Assembly: GCA_030040865.1 (NCBI GenBank)
Contig: JASHSX010000082.1
Location: forward strand, 1-57,855
Direction of reading: 5' to 3'
Length of the DNA: 57,855 bases
Source: Thermoplasmata archaeon
Lineage (GTDB): Archaea > Thermoplasmatota > Thermoplasmata > Lutacidiplasmatales > UBA184
Shown here: in pieces, positions 26,215 to 34,539 of the stretch
Layout of the letters: every line of letters starts with the position of its first letter
Numbering within the stretch: position 1 is the stretch's first letter
Made by a program: the position numbers and the translations under genes
The notes under the pieces: generated by a model
Database searches by the model: none
What the model was told of the DNA's origin: nothing
What the model saw: only the letters and a program-made list of their open reading frames with translations

Positions 26215-26220
26215 TTATAT
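26215..26220 (+). promoter_or_regulatory. TATA-like box upstream of moxR
   Basis: TTATAT sits in a GC-rich spacer, about 38 nt upstream of CTG 26256 and 23 nt upstream of the G7 run. Confidence 0.35.
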
Positions 26221-26255
26221 CGGGGGCCGCGGACCTCGGGTCGGGGGGGCCATCG

Positions 26256-27206
26256 CTGACCGCGACGGACGCCAGGGCGGCCGCGGAGCGGATCCGCACG
26301 GCCGTCGGGACCGCCGTCGTCGGGCGCGAGGCGGCCGTCGAGCTCGTCCTCACGGGGCTCATCGCGGACGGGCACCTCCTGCTCGAGGACCTCCCCGGGC
26401 TCGGGAAGACGTTGCTCGCCAAGTCGTTCGCGAGCGCGCTCGGCCTCCAGTTCCAGCGGGTGCAGTTCACCGCGGACCTCCTTCCCCACGACATCACCGG
26501 ATCCGACGTGCTGGACGCGACGAAGGGCGGCTTCGTCTTCCGGCCGGGTCCGATCTTCACGAACGTGCTGCTCGCCGACGAGATCAACCGCGCGCCGCCG
26601 AAGGTCCAGTCGGCCCTCCTGGAGGCGATGCAGGAGTACCAGGTCACGAGCGAGCGATCGACGTACCCGCTCCCGAAGCCGTTCGTCGTGCTCGCCACGG
26701 AGAACCCGATCGAGCTCGAGGGGACCTACCCGCTCCCGGAGGCGCAGGTCGACCGGTTCCTGATGCGCCTCAGGATCGGCTACCCGACGCCCGAGGAGGA
26801 GTCGACGATCCTCGCGCGACGCCGGGCACGCAAGCAGGAGACGGTCGACGTGCCCGCAGTGCTCTCCGCGGAGTCATTCCTCGCGCTCCAGCGCACGGTG
26901 GAGGAGATCGAGCTCGAGGCGTCGGTCGCCGGCTACGTGGTCGCGCTCGTCCGGGCCACGCGCGAGGACCCGAGGGCCGAGGTGGGCTCGTCGCCGCGCG
27001 GCTCGCTCGGTCTCCAGCGGCTGGCGCGCGCCCGGGCCCTGCTCGCCGGCCGCGACTTCGTCCTGCCCGACGACGTGAAGGCGCTCGCGGAGCCGGCGCT
27101 GGCGCACCGCATCATCGTGAAGCCCGAGCCGTGGATCCGCGGCGTGCGGGGAGAACAGGTCGTCCGGACGGCGATCGAGCGCACTCCCGTCCCGAAGGTC
27201 GGCTGA
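26256..27206 (+). CDS. moxR: MoxR-family AAA+ ATPase (start codon unresolved)
   Basis: Walker A PGLGKT (encoded up to 26411), Walker B LLADEINR, and the ALLEAMQE sensor region. The frame is open from 26163 but has no ATG/GTG/TTG before TTG 26412. The 5' end is provisionally placed at CTG 26256, which gives a typical MoxR length. Confidence 0.75.
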   Translation: MTATDARAAAERIRTAVGTAVVGREAAVELVLTGLIADGHLLLEDLPGLGKTLLAKSFASALGLQFQRVQFTADLLPHDITGSDVLDATKGGFVFRPGPIFTNVLLADEINRAPPKVQSALLEAMQEYQVTSERSTYPLPKPFVVLATENPIELEGTYPLPEAQVDRFLMRLRIGYPTPEEESTILARRRARKQETVDVPAVLSAESFLALQRTVEEIELEASVAGYVVALVRATREDPRAEVGSSPRGSLGLQRLARARALLAGRDFVLPDDVKALAEPALAHRIIVKPEPWIRGVRGEQVVRTAIERTPVPKVG

Positions 27207-27259
27207 CCCGCGTCGGCCGGCCGCCAAACGTTTTCATGGGGGCCCGGGTCGGCCCCCCG

Positions 27260-28210
27260 ATGGTCGATCCGCCGCTCGTCGTGGTCGCGGACCCGATCGA
27301 CGCAGGGGCGATCGCCCGACTCAAGGCGGGACCGTGCCGGGTCGTGGACGCGAGCGCCGACCCCGGGTCGCTCGCCGGAACGCTCGCCGACGCGTGGGGG
27401 CTCGTCGTACGTAGCCGGACGAAGGTCACCGCGGAGCTCCTGGGACGCGCCCCCCAGCTCTCGCTCATCGCCCGCGCGGGCGTCGGGGTCGACAACATCG
27501 ACATGGCCGCGGCCGGGGCGCGCGGGATCCGGGTCGTGAACGCCCCGAGCGCGGCGACCGCGAGCGTCGCGGAGCTCACGGTCGCCTTCTACCTCGTCCT
27601 CGTGCGCGGACTCGCGCCGCAGTTCGCGGCGACCCGCGCGGGGAAGTGGGAGCGGGGCTCGCACGGCCACGAGCTCGCCGGGAAAACAGTGGGGTTCATC
27701 GGCTACGGCCGGATCGCGCGGGAGGTCGCGCGGAGGGTCGCTCCGTTCGGAGCGCGTGCGATCGCCTACGACCCGTTCGTGCCGGCCCCGATCGACGCGA
27801 CGGAGATCCTTCCCTTCGAGATGGTCCTCGAGCACGCGGACGTGGTGAGCGTGCACGCCGCGCTCACGCCCGACAACCGCCACCTGCTCGACGCCCGCGC
27901 GTTCTCCTGCCTGAAGCGCGGCGCCTTCGTCGTCAATGTCGCACGCGGCGCCCTGATCGACGAGGCGGCGCTCCTGGCCGCCCTCAACGAGGGCCGGGTC
28001 GCCGGGGCCGCGCTCGACGTTTTCGAGGTGGAACCACCGATGAACCGCGCCCTTCTGGAGCACCCGCACGTGATCGCGACCCCGCACATCGGCGCCGCCA
28101 CCGCGGAGGGACAGGAACGGGCCGGCGCCGAGACGATCGACGAAGTGCTCCGCGCCCTGCGCGGGGAACCGCTCACCGCCCTCGTCGCGGCCCCGGGAGG
28201 CGCGCGATGA
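27260..28210 (+). CDS. serA: D-3-phosphoglycerate dehydrogenase / D-2-hydroxyacid dehydrogenase
   Basis: ATG 27260 (alternative ATG 27236) with the A/T-rich AAACGTTTT about 30 nt upstream. NAD motif GFIGYGRIA, plus VNVARGALID and ATPHIGA catalytic regions. The upstream part of track ORF 26159-28210 is an out-of-frame shadow over moxR. Confidence 0.75.
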   Translation: MVDPPLVVVADPIDAGAIARLKAGPCRVVDASADPGSLAGTLADAWGLVVRSRTKVTAELLGRAPQLSLIARAGVGVDNIDMAAAGARGIRVVNAPSAATASVAELTVAFYLVLVRGLAPQFAATRAGKWERGSHGHELAGKTVGFIGYGRIAREVARRVAPFGARAIAYDPFVPAPIDATEILPFEMVLEHADVVSVHAALTPDNRHLLDARAFSCLKRGAFVVNVARGALIDEAALLAALNEGRVAGAALDVFEVEPPMNRALLEHPHVIATPHIGAATAEGQERAGAETIDEVLRALRGEPLTALVAAPGGAR

Positions 28211-29343
28211 CGTTCGATCCCGAGACGACGACGTTCCTGATCGCCGGGCCGGTCCGCATCCACCCGCGCGTCCTCCGCGCGATGGCGACGCCGAGCCTGA
28301 ACCACCGCGGCGACTACTTCCACTCCGTCGTCGCCGAGATCCGCGAGCTCCTCCCCGTGATGTTCGGGGCGAAGGGCCACCAGGTCGTGCTGACCGGCAG
28401 CGGGAGCGCCGGTTTGGAGGCGATGTACTCGTCCCTCGTGCCCAGGGACCGTCGGGCCCTCGTCCTCAGCAACGGCAATTTCGGCGAGCGGGGGGACCAG
28501 ATCGTCCGTCGGTACTGCCCGAACGTCACGACGGTCTCCGCGCCGTGGGGACGGGCCCTACCGGCGGAGGCCGTGCGCGCCGAGCTCGCGAAGGGCGACA
28601 TCGGCGCCGTCTGCGTCGTCCACAACGAGACGAGCGTCGGCTTCGCGAACGACCTCGCCGCCCTCGTTCCCGCGATCCGCGCGTCGGGGGCCCTGTTCCT
28701 CGTCGACGGGATCAGCGCCGTGGCCGGGATCCCCGAGCCGATCGACGCCTGGGGGATCGACGCGGTCGTCGCGGGCAGTCAGAAGGGCCTCGCCGCGCCC
28801 GCCGGCCTCGCGATGGTCCACCTCTCCGACCGCGCGCTCGCCGCGCTCCACCCCGGTACGTTCTACCTCGACCTCGCGGCGCACGTGAAATCGCTCGAGA
28901 AGAACGACACGCCGTGGACCCCGGCCGTCCCCCTCTTCCTCGCGCTCCGCGAGGCGCTCCTCCTCCTGAAGCAGGAGGGCCTCGGCGCGCGGCTCGCGCG
29001 GACCCACCGGCTCGCCGACGCGACGCGCGCGGCGGTCGCCGCCCTCGGTCTCGAGCTGTTCCCCGACCCGGCGTTCGCCTCCGACACGGTGACGGCGGTG
29101 AAGAACCCGACGGGGATGGGCGACCCCGAGCTCCGCAAGGTCCTCGAGAAGGAGTACAACGTCCTCGTCCAGGGCGGTCAGGGCGCCCAGACCGGGAAGA
29201 TCTTCCGGATCGGCCACATGGGGATCGCCGACTGGCCGGACCTCTTGGTCACGTTCGCGGCCCTCGAGCGGGTCCTCGCCCGGGCCGGCCGCGCGCCGGC
29301 GCGCGGCGCGTCCCTCGCGGCCATCCTCGAACGGATGCCGTAG
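28207..29343 (+). CDS. class V aminotransferase (candidate phosphoserine / serine-glyoxylate aminotransferase)
   Basis: ATG 28207 overlaps the serA stop (ATGA). GSGSAGLEA, the FLVDGISA aspartate region and the PLP lysine motif GSQKGL. Confidence 0.7.
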   Translation: MTFDPETTTFLIAGPVRIHPRVLRAMATPSLNHRGDYFHSVVAEIRELLPVMFGAKGHQVVLTGSGSAGLEAMYSSLVPRDRRALVLSNGNFGERGDQIVRRYCPNVTTVSAPWGRALPAEAVRAELAKGDIGAVCVVHNETSVGFANDLAALVPAIRASGALFLVDGISAVAGIPEPIDAWGIDAVVAGSQKGLAAPAGLAMVHLSDRALAALHPGTFYLDLAAHVKSLEKNDTPWTPAVPLFLALREALLLLKQEGLGARLARTHRLADATRAAVAALGLELFPDPAFASDTVTAVKNPTGMGDPELRKVLEKEYNVLVQGGQGAQTGKIFRIGHMGIADWPDLLVTFAALERVLARAGRAPARGASLAAILERMP

Positions 29344-29347
29344 GGCC

Positions 29348-29842
29348 TCAGAGGTCGACGATCACCCGGGCCCGGTGGCCGGCGGGGTCGAAGACGAGCC
29401 CGTGGAGCGTCACGGCCTTCACCTCCGTGCCCGCGGGGTGCCGGGCCGGGTCGAACGGCTCGCCGGCCACGCTCGCCACGACGGCGGTCGGCGGGTCCCC
29501 GACCGCGTGGGCGCGGATCGTCCGCCCGACGAACCCCTCCGTGTCGTGGAGCAGGAGGAGCTCCGACAGAAAGGCGACGACGAGCCCGCCCGCGTCCTCG
29601 GCCGACGCGCTCACCGCGCGTTCCTCGCGAGGGCGGACCTTCCGCAGGTCGGTCATGAGGGCGTACAGCCCGAGCCCGAGCGCCTCGAGGAGCGCCCCGG
29701 ACGTCGGCCCCGTCGCCCAGACGCCGACGTCCGCCGTGGTCGGGAACGTCCCCCAGCGTCGGGCGGGTACCGAGCGGTTCCGTCGGGCGGGCGTGGGCCA
29801 CGGAGGTGTACCACGGTTTAAAGGGATGAGAGGTACCGACAT
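29348..29842 (-). CDS. archease
   Basis: ATG 29842. RRWGTFPTTADVGVWATG...LLEALGLGLYALMTD...FLSELLLLHD...EVKAVTLHG...VIVDL aligns by eye with archaeal archease. The usual HTAD motif reads TTAD here. Confidence 0.75.
   Translation of the reverse strand: MSVPLIPLNRGTPPWPTPARRNRSVPARRWGTFPTTADVGVWATGPTSGALLEALGLGLYALMTDLRKVRPREERAVSASAEDAGGLVVAFLSELLLLHDTEGFVGRTIRAHAVGDPPTAVVASVAGEPFDPARHPAGTEVKAVTLHGLVFDPAGHRARVIVDL
29817..29822 (+). promoter_or_regulatory. TATA-like box for the GT2 gene
   Basis: The palindromic TTTAAA is centred about 32 nt upstream of ATG 29852. It lies inside the 5' end of the divergent archease ORF. Confidence 0.45.
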
Positions 29843-29851
29843 GTCCCATCG

Positions 29852-30643
29852 ATGCGCGCCTCGCTCGTGGTCCCCACCCTGAACGAGGCCGGATCGATCG
29901 GCCACGTGCTCGCGACGTTCCGCGCCGCCGCCGACGAGGCGAACCGGACGGTGTTCCGCGACGAGCCGGTCGTCTGGGAGATGATCGTCGTCGACGGGGC
30001 GTCGACCGACGGCACCCCGGCGCGGGCGACGGCCGAGGGCGCGCGGGTGATCACCGAGCGCCGCCGGGGCTACGGGCGAGCGTACAAGACGGGCTTCGCC
30101 GCGGCGACGGGGGAGATCGTCGCCACGGCCGACGGCGACGCGACGTACCCGGTCGAGCTGATCCCCGGCCTCGTCCGGCGGCTCCTCGACGAGCGGATCG
30201 ACTTCCTCACCGGCGATCGGATGGCGTACCTCGACCACCGTTCGATGACCACCGAGCACCGGCTCGGGAACCGGATGCTGAACGACTTCCTCCGGCTCGC
30301 GTACAAGCGGTACCTGGACGAGCTGCCGTCGTCGACGCTGCACGACAGCCAGAGCGGCTTCTGGGTGTTCCGCCGGGAGATCCTCGGCCGGCTCCGCCTC
30401 ACGCAGGACGGGATGGCGTTCAGCGAGGAGTTCAAGATCGAGGCGCTGTTCCGAGGCCTCAAGGTCGTCGAGATCCCGATCCACTACGGCGAGCGGTGGG
30501 GTCTCCCGAAGCTGTCGAGCTGGCGCGACGGCCTCCAGAACCTCCTGTTCCTGATCCGCAAGCGGCTCGACGTCGCGCACGAGGAGCGCCGGGGGAGCTT
30601 CCCACGGCGGGCCGGCGCGGCGGGCGGCGCCCGCGTACCCTGA
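29852..30643 (+). CDS. family 2 glycosyltransferase (dolichyl-phosphate sugar synthase-like)
   Basis: ATG 29852. VVPTLNE, VVDGASTDGT and ADGDATYP (DxD) motifs. Confidence 0.75.
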   Translation: MRASLVVPTLNEAGSIGHVLATFRAAADEANRTVFRDEPVVWEMIVVDGASTDGTPARATAEGARVITERRRGYGRAYKTGFAAATGEIVATADGDATYPVELIPGLVRRLLDERIDFLTGDRMAYLDHRSMTTEHRLGNRMLNDFLRLAYKRYLDELPSSTLHDSQSGFWVFRREILGRLRLTQDGMAFSEEFKIEALFRGLKVVEIPIHYGERWGLPKLSSWRDGLQNLLFLIRKRLDVAHEERRGSFPRRAGAAGGARVP

Positions 30644-30651
30644 CGGCCGGT

Positions 30652-30804
30652 CTACTGGGTCTTCCCGGAGCGCTCGCGCGACTTCACGCGGAGTCCGGTG
30701 TAGTGGCACTTGCGGCACCGCACGGCCTTCGGCGGGTTGCGGGCCGAGCAGTTCATGCAGATCTTCTTGTTGAGCAGTCGCTCGACCGCCTCGGGGAACG
30801 GCAT
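30652..30804 (-). CDS. rpl40e: 50S ribosomal protein L40e
   Basis: This 50-codon ORF is absent from the supplied track. It encodes [50 protein letters not shown], with a CxxC...CxxC zinc ribbon and the L40e signature LNKKICM-C-ARN. TTTTATA lies about 29 nt upstream. Confidence 0.85.
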   Translation of the reverse strand: MPFPEAVERLLNKKICMNCSARNPPKAVRCRKCHYTGLRVKSRERSGKTQ

Positions 30805-30829
30805 GGGACGGCGGGGACCCGTGCCGTGC

Positions 30830-30837
30830 TATAAAAG
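30830..30837. promoter_or_regulatory. shared TATA box between rpl40e and the AMMECR1 gene
   Basis: TATAAAAG (TTTTATA on the minus strand) lies 29 nt upstream of rpl40e ATG 30804 and 48 nt upstream of ATG 30882. Confidence 0.5.
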
Positions 30838-30881
30838 AATCGGGGGCTCCCGTCCGCCGACCGAAGCGGCGGGGGGCGGCG

Positions 30882-31556
30882 ATGGCGACGTGGACCGAAG
30901 GCGACGAGGGGCTGGATCACGGCCGACGCGCGGTCCGACTCGCGCGGGAGTCCGTCGCCCGCGCGGTCGCCGGCGACCGGTCGGGCGGCGCGCCGTCGGG
31001 CGCCGCCGAACCGCTCCCGCCGTTCTTCGCCCGGCCCCGCGGGGTCTTCGTGACGATCCGACGGTTCCCCGGCGACGAGCTGCGCGGATGCATCGGCTTC
31101 CCGCGCCCCGTCTTCCCGCTCGGTCGGGCCGTACGCGAGGCCGCGATCGCTGCGGCGACGGAGGACCCGCGGTTCCCCGGGCTCACCGCGCGCGAGCTCG
31201 GGCGGGTCACCTTCGAGGTGTCGATCCTGACCGAGCCCGAGCCGGTCGTCGCCGAACCCGGACGTTCCCTCGCCGAGCGCGTTACGGTCGGTCGCGACGG
31301 GTTGATCGTCGAAGGGTTCGGGACGAGCGGGCTCCTGCTGCCCCAGGTCGCTCCGGAACAGGGGTGGACGGCGGAGGAGTTCTTGGACGGGACGTGCGAA
31401 AAGGCGGGCCTGCCGGCCGGCGCGTGGCGCGACCCGCGGGTCCGGGTCCTCCGCTTCGCGGCCGCGGTCTACGCCGAGCGATCGCCGGACGGGCCGGTCG
31501 AGGCGACGGACCCCGGGGCTACGTCGCGCGCCGGGAGACCCGGGCCGAGAACGTGA
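30882..31556 (+). CDS. AMMECR1 domain protein
   Basis: ATG 30882. GVFVTIRRFPGDELRGCIGFP and the EDPRFPGL motif. Confidence 0.8.
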   Translation: MATWTEGDEGLDHGRRAVRLARESVARAVAGDRSGGAPSGAAEPLPPFFARPRGVFVTIRRFPGDELRGCIGFPRPVFPLGRAVREAAIAAATEDPRFPGLTARELGRVTFEVSILTEPEPVVAEPGRSLAERVTVGRDGLIVEGFGTSGLLLPQVAPEQGWTAEEFLDGTCEKAGLPAGAWRDPRVRVLRFAAAVYAERSPDGPVEATDPGATSRAGRPGPRT

Positions 31557-34485
31557 CGCCGTCGAGCTCCCACGCGACGACGTCCTCCCCGTCCGGGAGA
31601 GCGTGCTCCAGGAGCTCGAACGGTTCCGCGAGGAGCTCCTTCGCGAGCGCCGACCGTCGGGCGTCGAGCGCCCGGTAGAGCGCTCCCTCCGCGCCGATCG
31701 CCACTCGGACCTGGTCGGTGAGCCGGAGGCCGAGCTCCTTGCGCCGCTGCTGGAGCCGCCGGGCGACCTCGCGGGCGAGGCCTTCCTCGAGCAGCGCCTC
31801 GGTCGGCCGGCGCGGGAGCGCCGCGCGCGGGACCGAGTCGTCCTCGCGCACCACCCAGCCGGGGTCCGGGTAGTGGGACCGCTCCGAGGCGGGGACGCGA
31901 ACGAGCCGCTTCACGTTGAGCTCGTCCGCGAGCAGACGATCGCCGTCCGGGCCCATGGCCGCGACCGCGGGCGAAGCGTCTCCGAACAGGACCATCTCGG
32001 CGAGCGGGATCCGGGACTTCACGCCCGCCCGCTGACGGAGCTCCCGGCCGACCTCGGCGAGGGCGCGGAGCTCGCGCATGCCGTCCTCGAGCGCGGGGTC
32101 CCGGAGCCCGAGCGAGCCCGGCCAGCCGCTCGCGTGGACCGACGCGTCCGCGGAGGTGTAGCCGTGGTCTCCCACTTCCTGGTGGATCCACTCGGCCGTG
32201 AACGGGACGAGCGGCGCGATGACCCGGGCGATCCCCAGCAGCACGTAGGCCAGCGTGTCGTGCGCGGCACGTCGGTCGGCGGGATCGTCGTCCGACCAGA
32301 AGCGGGGGCGCGAGCGCCGAACGTACCACGTCGAAAGGTCGTCGACCAGCTCCCGCACGGCCGTGGCCGCGGGCCGGGGGTCGAACCGCCCGAGCGCCTC
32401 GTCGACCGCCGCCCGCGTCCCCTCGAGGCGCGAGAGGATCCACCGGTCGAGCAGGCCCGCCGCCGAGGGGCGACCCGACGGCGGAGGCAGCCGATCGGCC
32501 CGCGCGTTTCCGAGGTGGAACGCCACGACGTTGCGCAGCGTTCCGATCGTGCGCGCGGCGCTCTTCGCCACGATCGCCTCGCTCACCCGCATCGGCTCGG
32601 TGAAGTCGATGGCGAGGAACGCCCACCGGGCCGCATCGCCGCCCACGCGATCGAGCAGGTCGAGCGGCTCCACCGCGTTCCCCTTCGACTTCGACATCTT
32701 GCGGCCGGACTCGTCGAGCAGCATGCCGTTCACGAGACAGGCCGTGAAGGCGGGCCGCTCGAAGAGCGCGGTCGCGAGCACGTGCATCGTGTAGAACCAG
32801 CCCCGGGTCTGGTCCAATCCCTCCGCGACGTAGTCGAGCGGCCGCTGGGGGTCGAACGGCCCGGGCTCGAACGGGTAGTGGAACTGGGCGAAGGGGGCCG
32901 CTCCGCTCTCGTACCAGACGTCGATCGTGTACGGTTCGCGCCGGGCCGGTGCGCCGCAGCTCCGGCACCGCACCTTAAGCCGGTCGACCGGGACGCGGTG
33001 CGGGTCGAACGGGCTCGCGAGCCCGCCCTCGACGCGCTCCGCGAGCTCGGCGAACCCGCCGACGCACGTCACGTGGCCGTCGGGGCACTCCCAGATCGGC
33101 AGCGGCGTCCCCCAGTAGCGGCTCCGGGAGAGCGCCCAGTCCTTCGCCTCGGTGAGGAAGTTCCCGAACCGGCCGTCGCGGAGGTACTCGGGGATCCAGG
33201 CGACCTCGGCGTTGTTCCGGACCAGCCCGTCGGTGAACCGGGACGTCCGGACGAACCAGGAGTCGATCGCCCGGTAGAGGAGGGCGTGATCGCACCGCCA
33301 GCAGAACGGGTAGGTGTGGCGGATCGTCTCGCTCCGGAACAGCCGGCCGCGGTCCTCGAGGTCGCGGATCAGGATCGGGTCGGCGCCCTTGAACGACTTC
33401 CCGCGGACGAGCGTGAGGTGATCGCCGAACACGCCCCGGTCGTCGAGCGGGTCGAAGACGCCGACCTTCTCCCGCGTCCCGATCCGGTCGTCGTCGGGAC
33501 CGAAGCTCGGCGCGATGTGCACGAACCCCGTCCCCTCCGTCGAGGTGACGAACCCGTCGAGCACGACGCGGTAGCGCCCGGGTCCCGGACCCGGCGTAGC
33601 GAACGGAGGCTCGTAGGAGAGCCCTTCGAACGCCGTGCCGCGCATTCGTTCAACCTCGGCGACGCCGTCGGGAAAGTATCGCGGGACCGCGTCGCTCGCG
33701 AGGACGAGCTCCTCGCCCTCGGCGGTCCGTACGACCGAGTACTCGAGATCGGCGCGGGCCGCCACCAGGAGGTTCGCCGGGAGGGTCCACGGCGTCGTGG
33801 TCCAGACCAAGAGCGACCGTCGCCCGATGCCGGGGCCGGTGATCGGGAAGCGGATCGTCACCGACGGGTCCGTGGCCTCCCGGTACCCCTGGGCGACCTC
33901 GTGCGACGAGAGGGACGTCTCGCACCGGGGGCAGTACGGGAGCACGTAGTGCCCCTTCTCGAGGAGGCCGCGATCGTAGAGCGCCTTCAACGACCACCAG
34001 ACGCTCTCGATGTACGTCGGGTCCATCGTGCGGTAGGGGTGGTCGTAGTCGAGCCAGTAGCCGACCCGCCGGCTCATCTCCTGCCAGACGGCCGCGTACT
34101 CGAGCGTCGCGGCGCGGCACTCTTCGCAGAACCGCTCGACGCCGTACGCCTCGATCTCCTTCCGGGACTGGAACCCGTGGCGGCGCTCGATCGCGATCTC
34201 GACGGGGAGGCCGTGGCAGTCCCACCCGCCCTTCGAGCTCACGATCCGATGCCCCCGCATCCGGCGGTACCGGAGCTGGACGTCCTTGATCACCCGGCTG
34301 ACGAGGTGGCCCATGTGGGGGACGCCGTTCGCGCCGGGCGGGCCCTCGCTGAACCGGAAGACGGGTCCGTCCGGCGGCCCGTCGAGGCCCCGGGTCGGTA
34401 CCCCGTGCGACTCCCAGTAGTCGAGGACCCGTCGTTGGACGCCCGCGCCGGACGGTGCTGCCGACTCGGGTTCGTCGACCGCCAC
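31519..34485 (-). CDS. ileS: isoleucine--tRNA ligase
   Basis: GTG 34485. HIGH-type PHMGH, GWDCHGLPVE, WYESGAAPFAQFHYPF and KMSKSKGN. 988 aa. Confidence 0.9.
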   Translation of the reverse strand: MAVDEPESAAPSGAGVQRRVLDYWESHGVPTRGLDGPPDGPVFRFSEGPPGANGVPHMGHLVSRVIKDVQLRYRRMRGHRIVSSKGGWDCHGLPVEIAIERRHGFQSRKEIEAYGVERFCEECRAATLEYAAVWQEMSRRVGYWLDYDHPYRTMDPTYIESVWWSLKALYDRGLLEKGHYVLPYCPRCETSLSSHEVAQGYREATDPSVTIRFPITGPGIGRRSLLVWTTTPWTLPANLLVAARADLEYSVVRTAEGEELVLASDAVPRYFPDGVAEVERMRGTAFEGLSYEPPFATPGPGPGRYRVVLDGFVTSTEGTGFVHIAPSFGPDDDRIGTREKVGVFDPLDDRGVFGDHLTLVRGKSFKGADPILIRDLEDRGRLFRSETIRHTYPFCWRCDHALLYRAIDSWFVRTSRFTDGLVRNNAEVAWIPEYLRDGRFGNFLTEAKDWALSRSRYWGTPLPIWECPDGHVTCVGGFAELAERVEGGLASPFDPHRVPVDRLKVRCRSCGAPARREPYTIDVWYESGAAPFAQFHYPFEPGPFDPQRPLDYVAEGLDQTRGWFYTMHVLATALFERPAFTACLVNGMLLDESGRKMSKSKGNAVEPLDLLDRVGGDAARWAFLAIDFTEPMRVSEAIVAKSAARTIGTLRNVVAFHLGNARADRLPPPSGRPSAAGLLDRWILSRLEGTRAAVDEALGRFDPRPAATAVRELVDDLSTWYVRRSRPRFWSDDDPADRRAAHDTLAYVLLGIARVIAPLVPFTAEWIHQEVGDHGYTSADASVHASGWPGSLGLRDPALEDGMRELRALAEVGRELRQRAGVKSRIPLAEMVLFGDASPAVAAMGPDGDRLLADELNVKRLVRVPASERSHYPDPGWVVREDDSVPRAALPRRPTEALLEEGLAREVARRLQQRRKELGLRLTDQVRVAIGAEGALYRALDARRSALAKELLAEPFELLEHALPDGEDVVAWELDGVTFSARVSRRAT

Positions 34486-34539
34486 GAGGGGTCGCGACGA
34501 AGCGGGGACGGATAAAAGCGTCCCGCGGACGGCGAGCCG

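Noticed and set aside
26159-27235. The N-terminal 360 codons of the 683-aa track ORF 26159-28210.
   Set aside because: This part is an out-of-frame overlap of moxR with Arg/Gly/Pro-rich content. Only the segment from about 27236/27260 onward shows dehydrogenase motifs. The ATG at 26159 is kept only as a possible moxR start if the G7 run is miscalled.
31603-34515. A 970-aa ORF antisense to almost the entire ileS gene.
   Set aside because: The product is dominated by Arg/Pro/Gly/Asp/Glu/Val low-complexity sequence with no motifs. The opposite strand carries unmistakable IleRS motifs. Long stop-free antisense frames are expected at this GC content.
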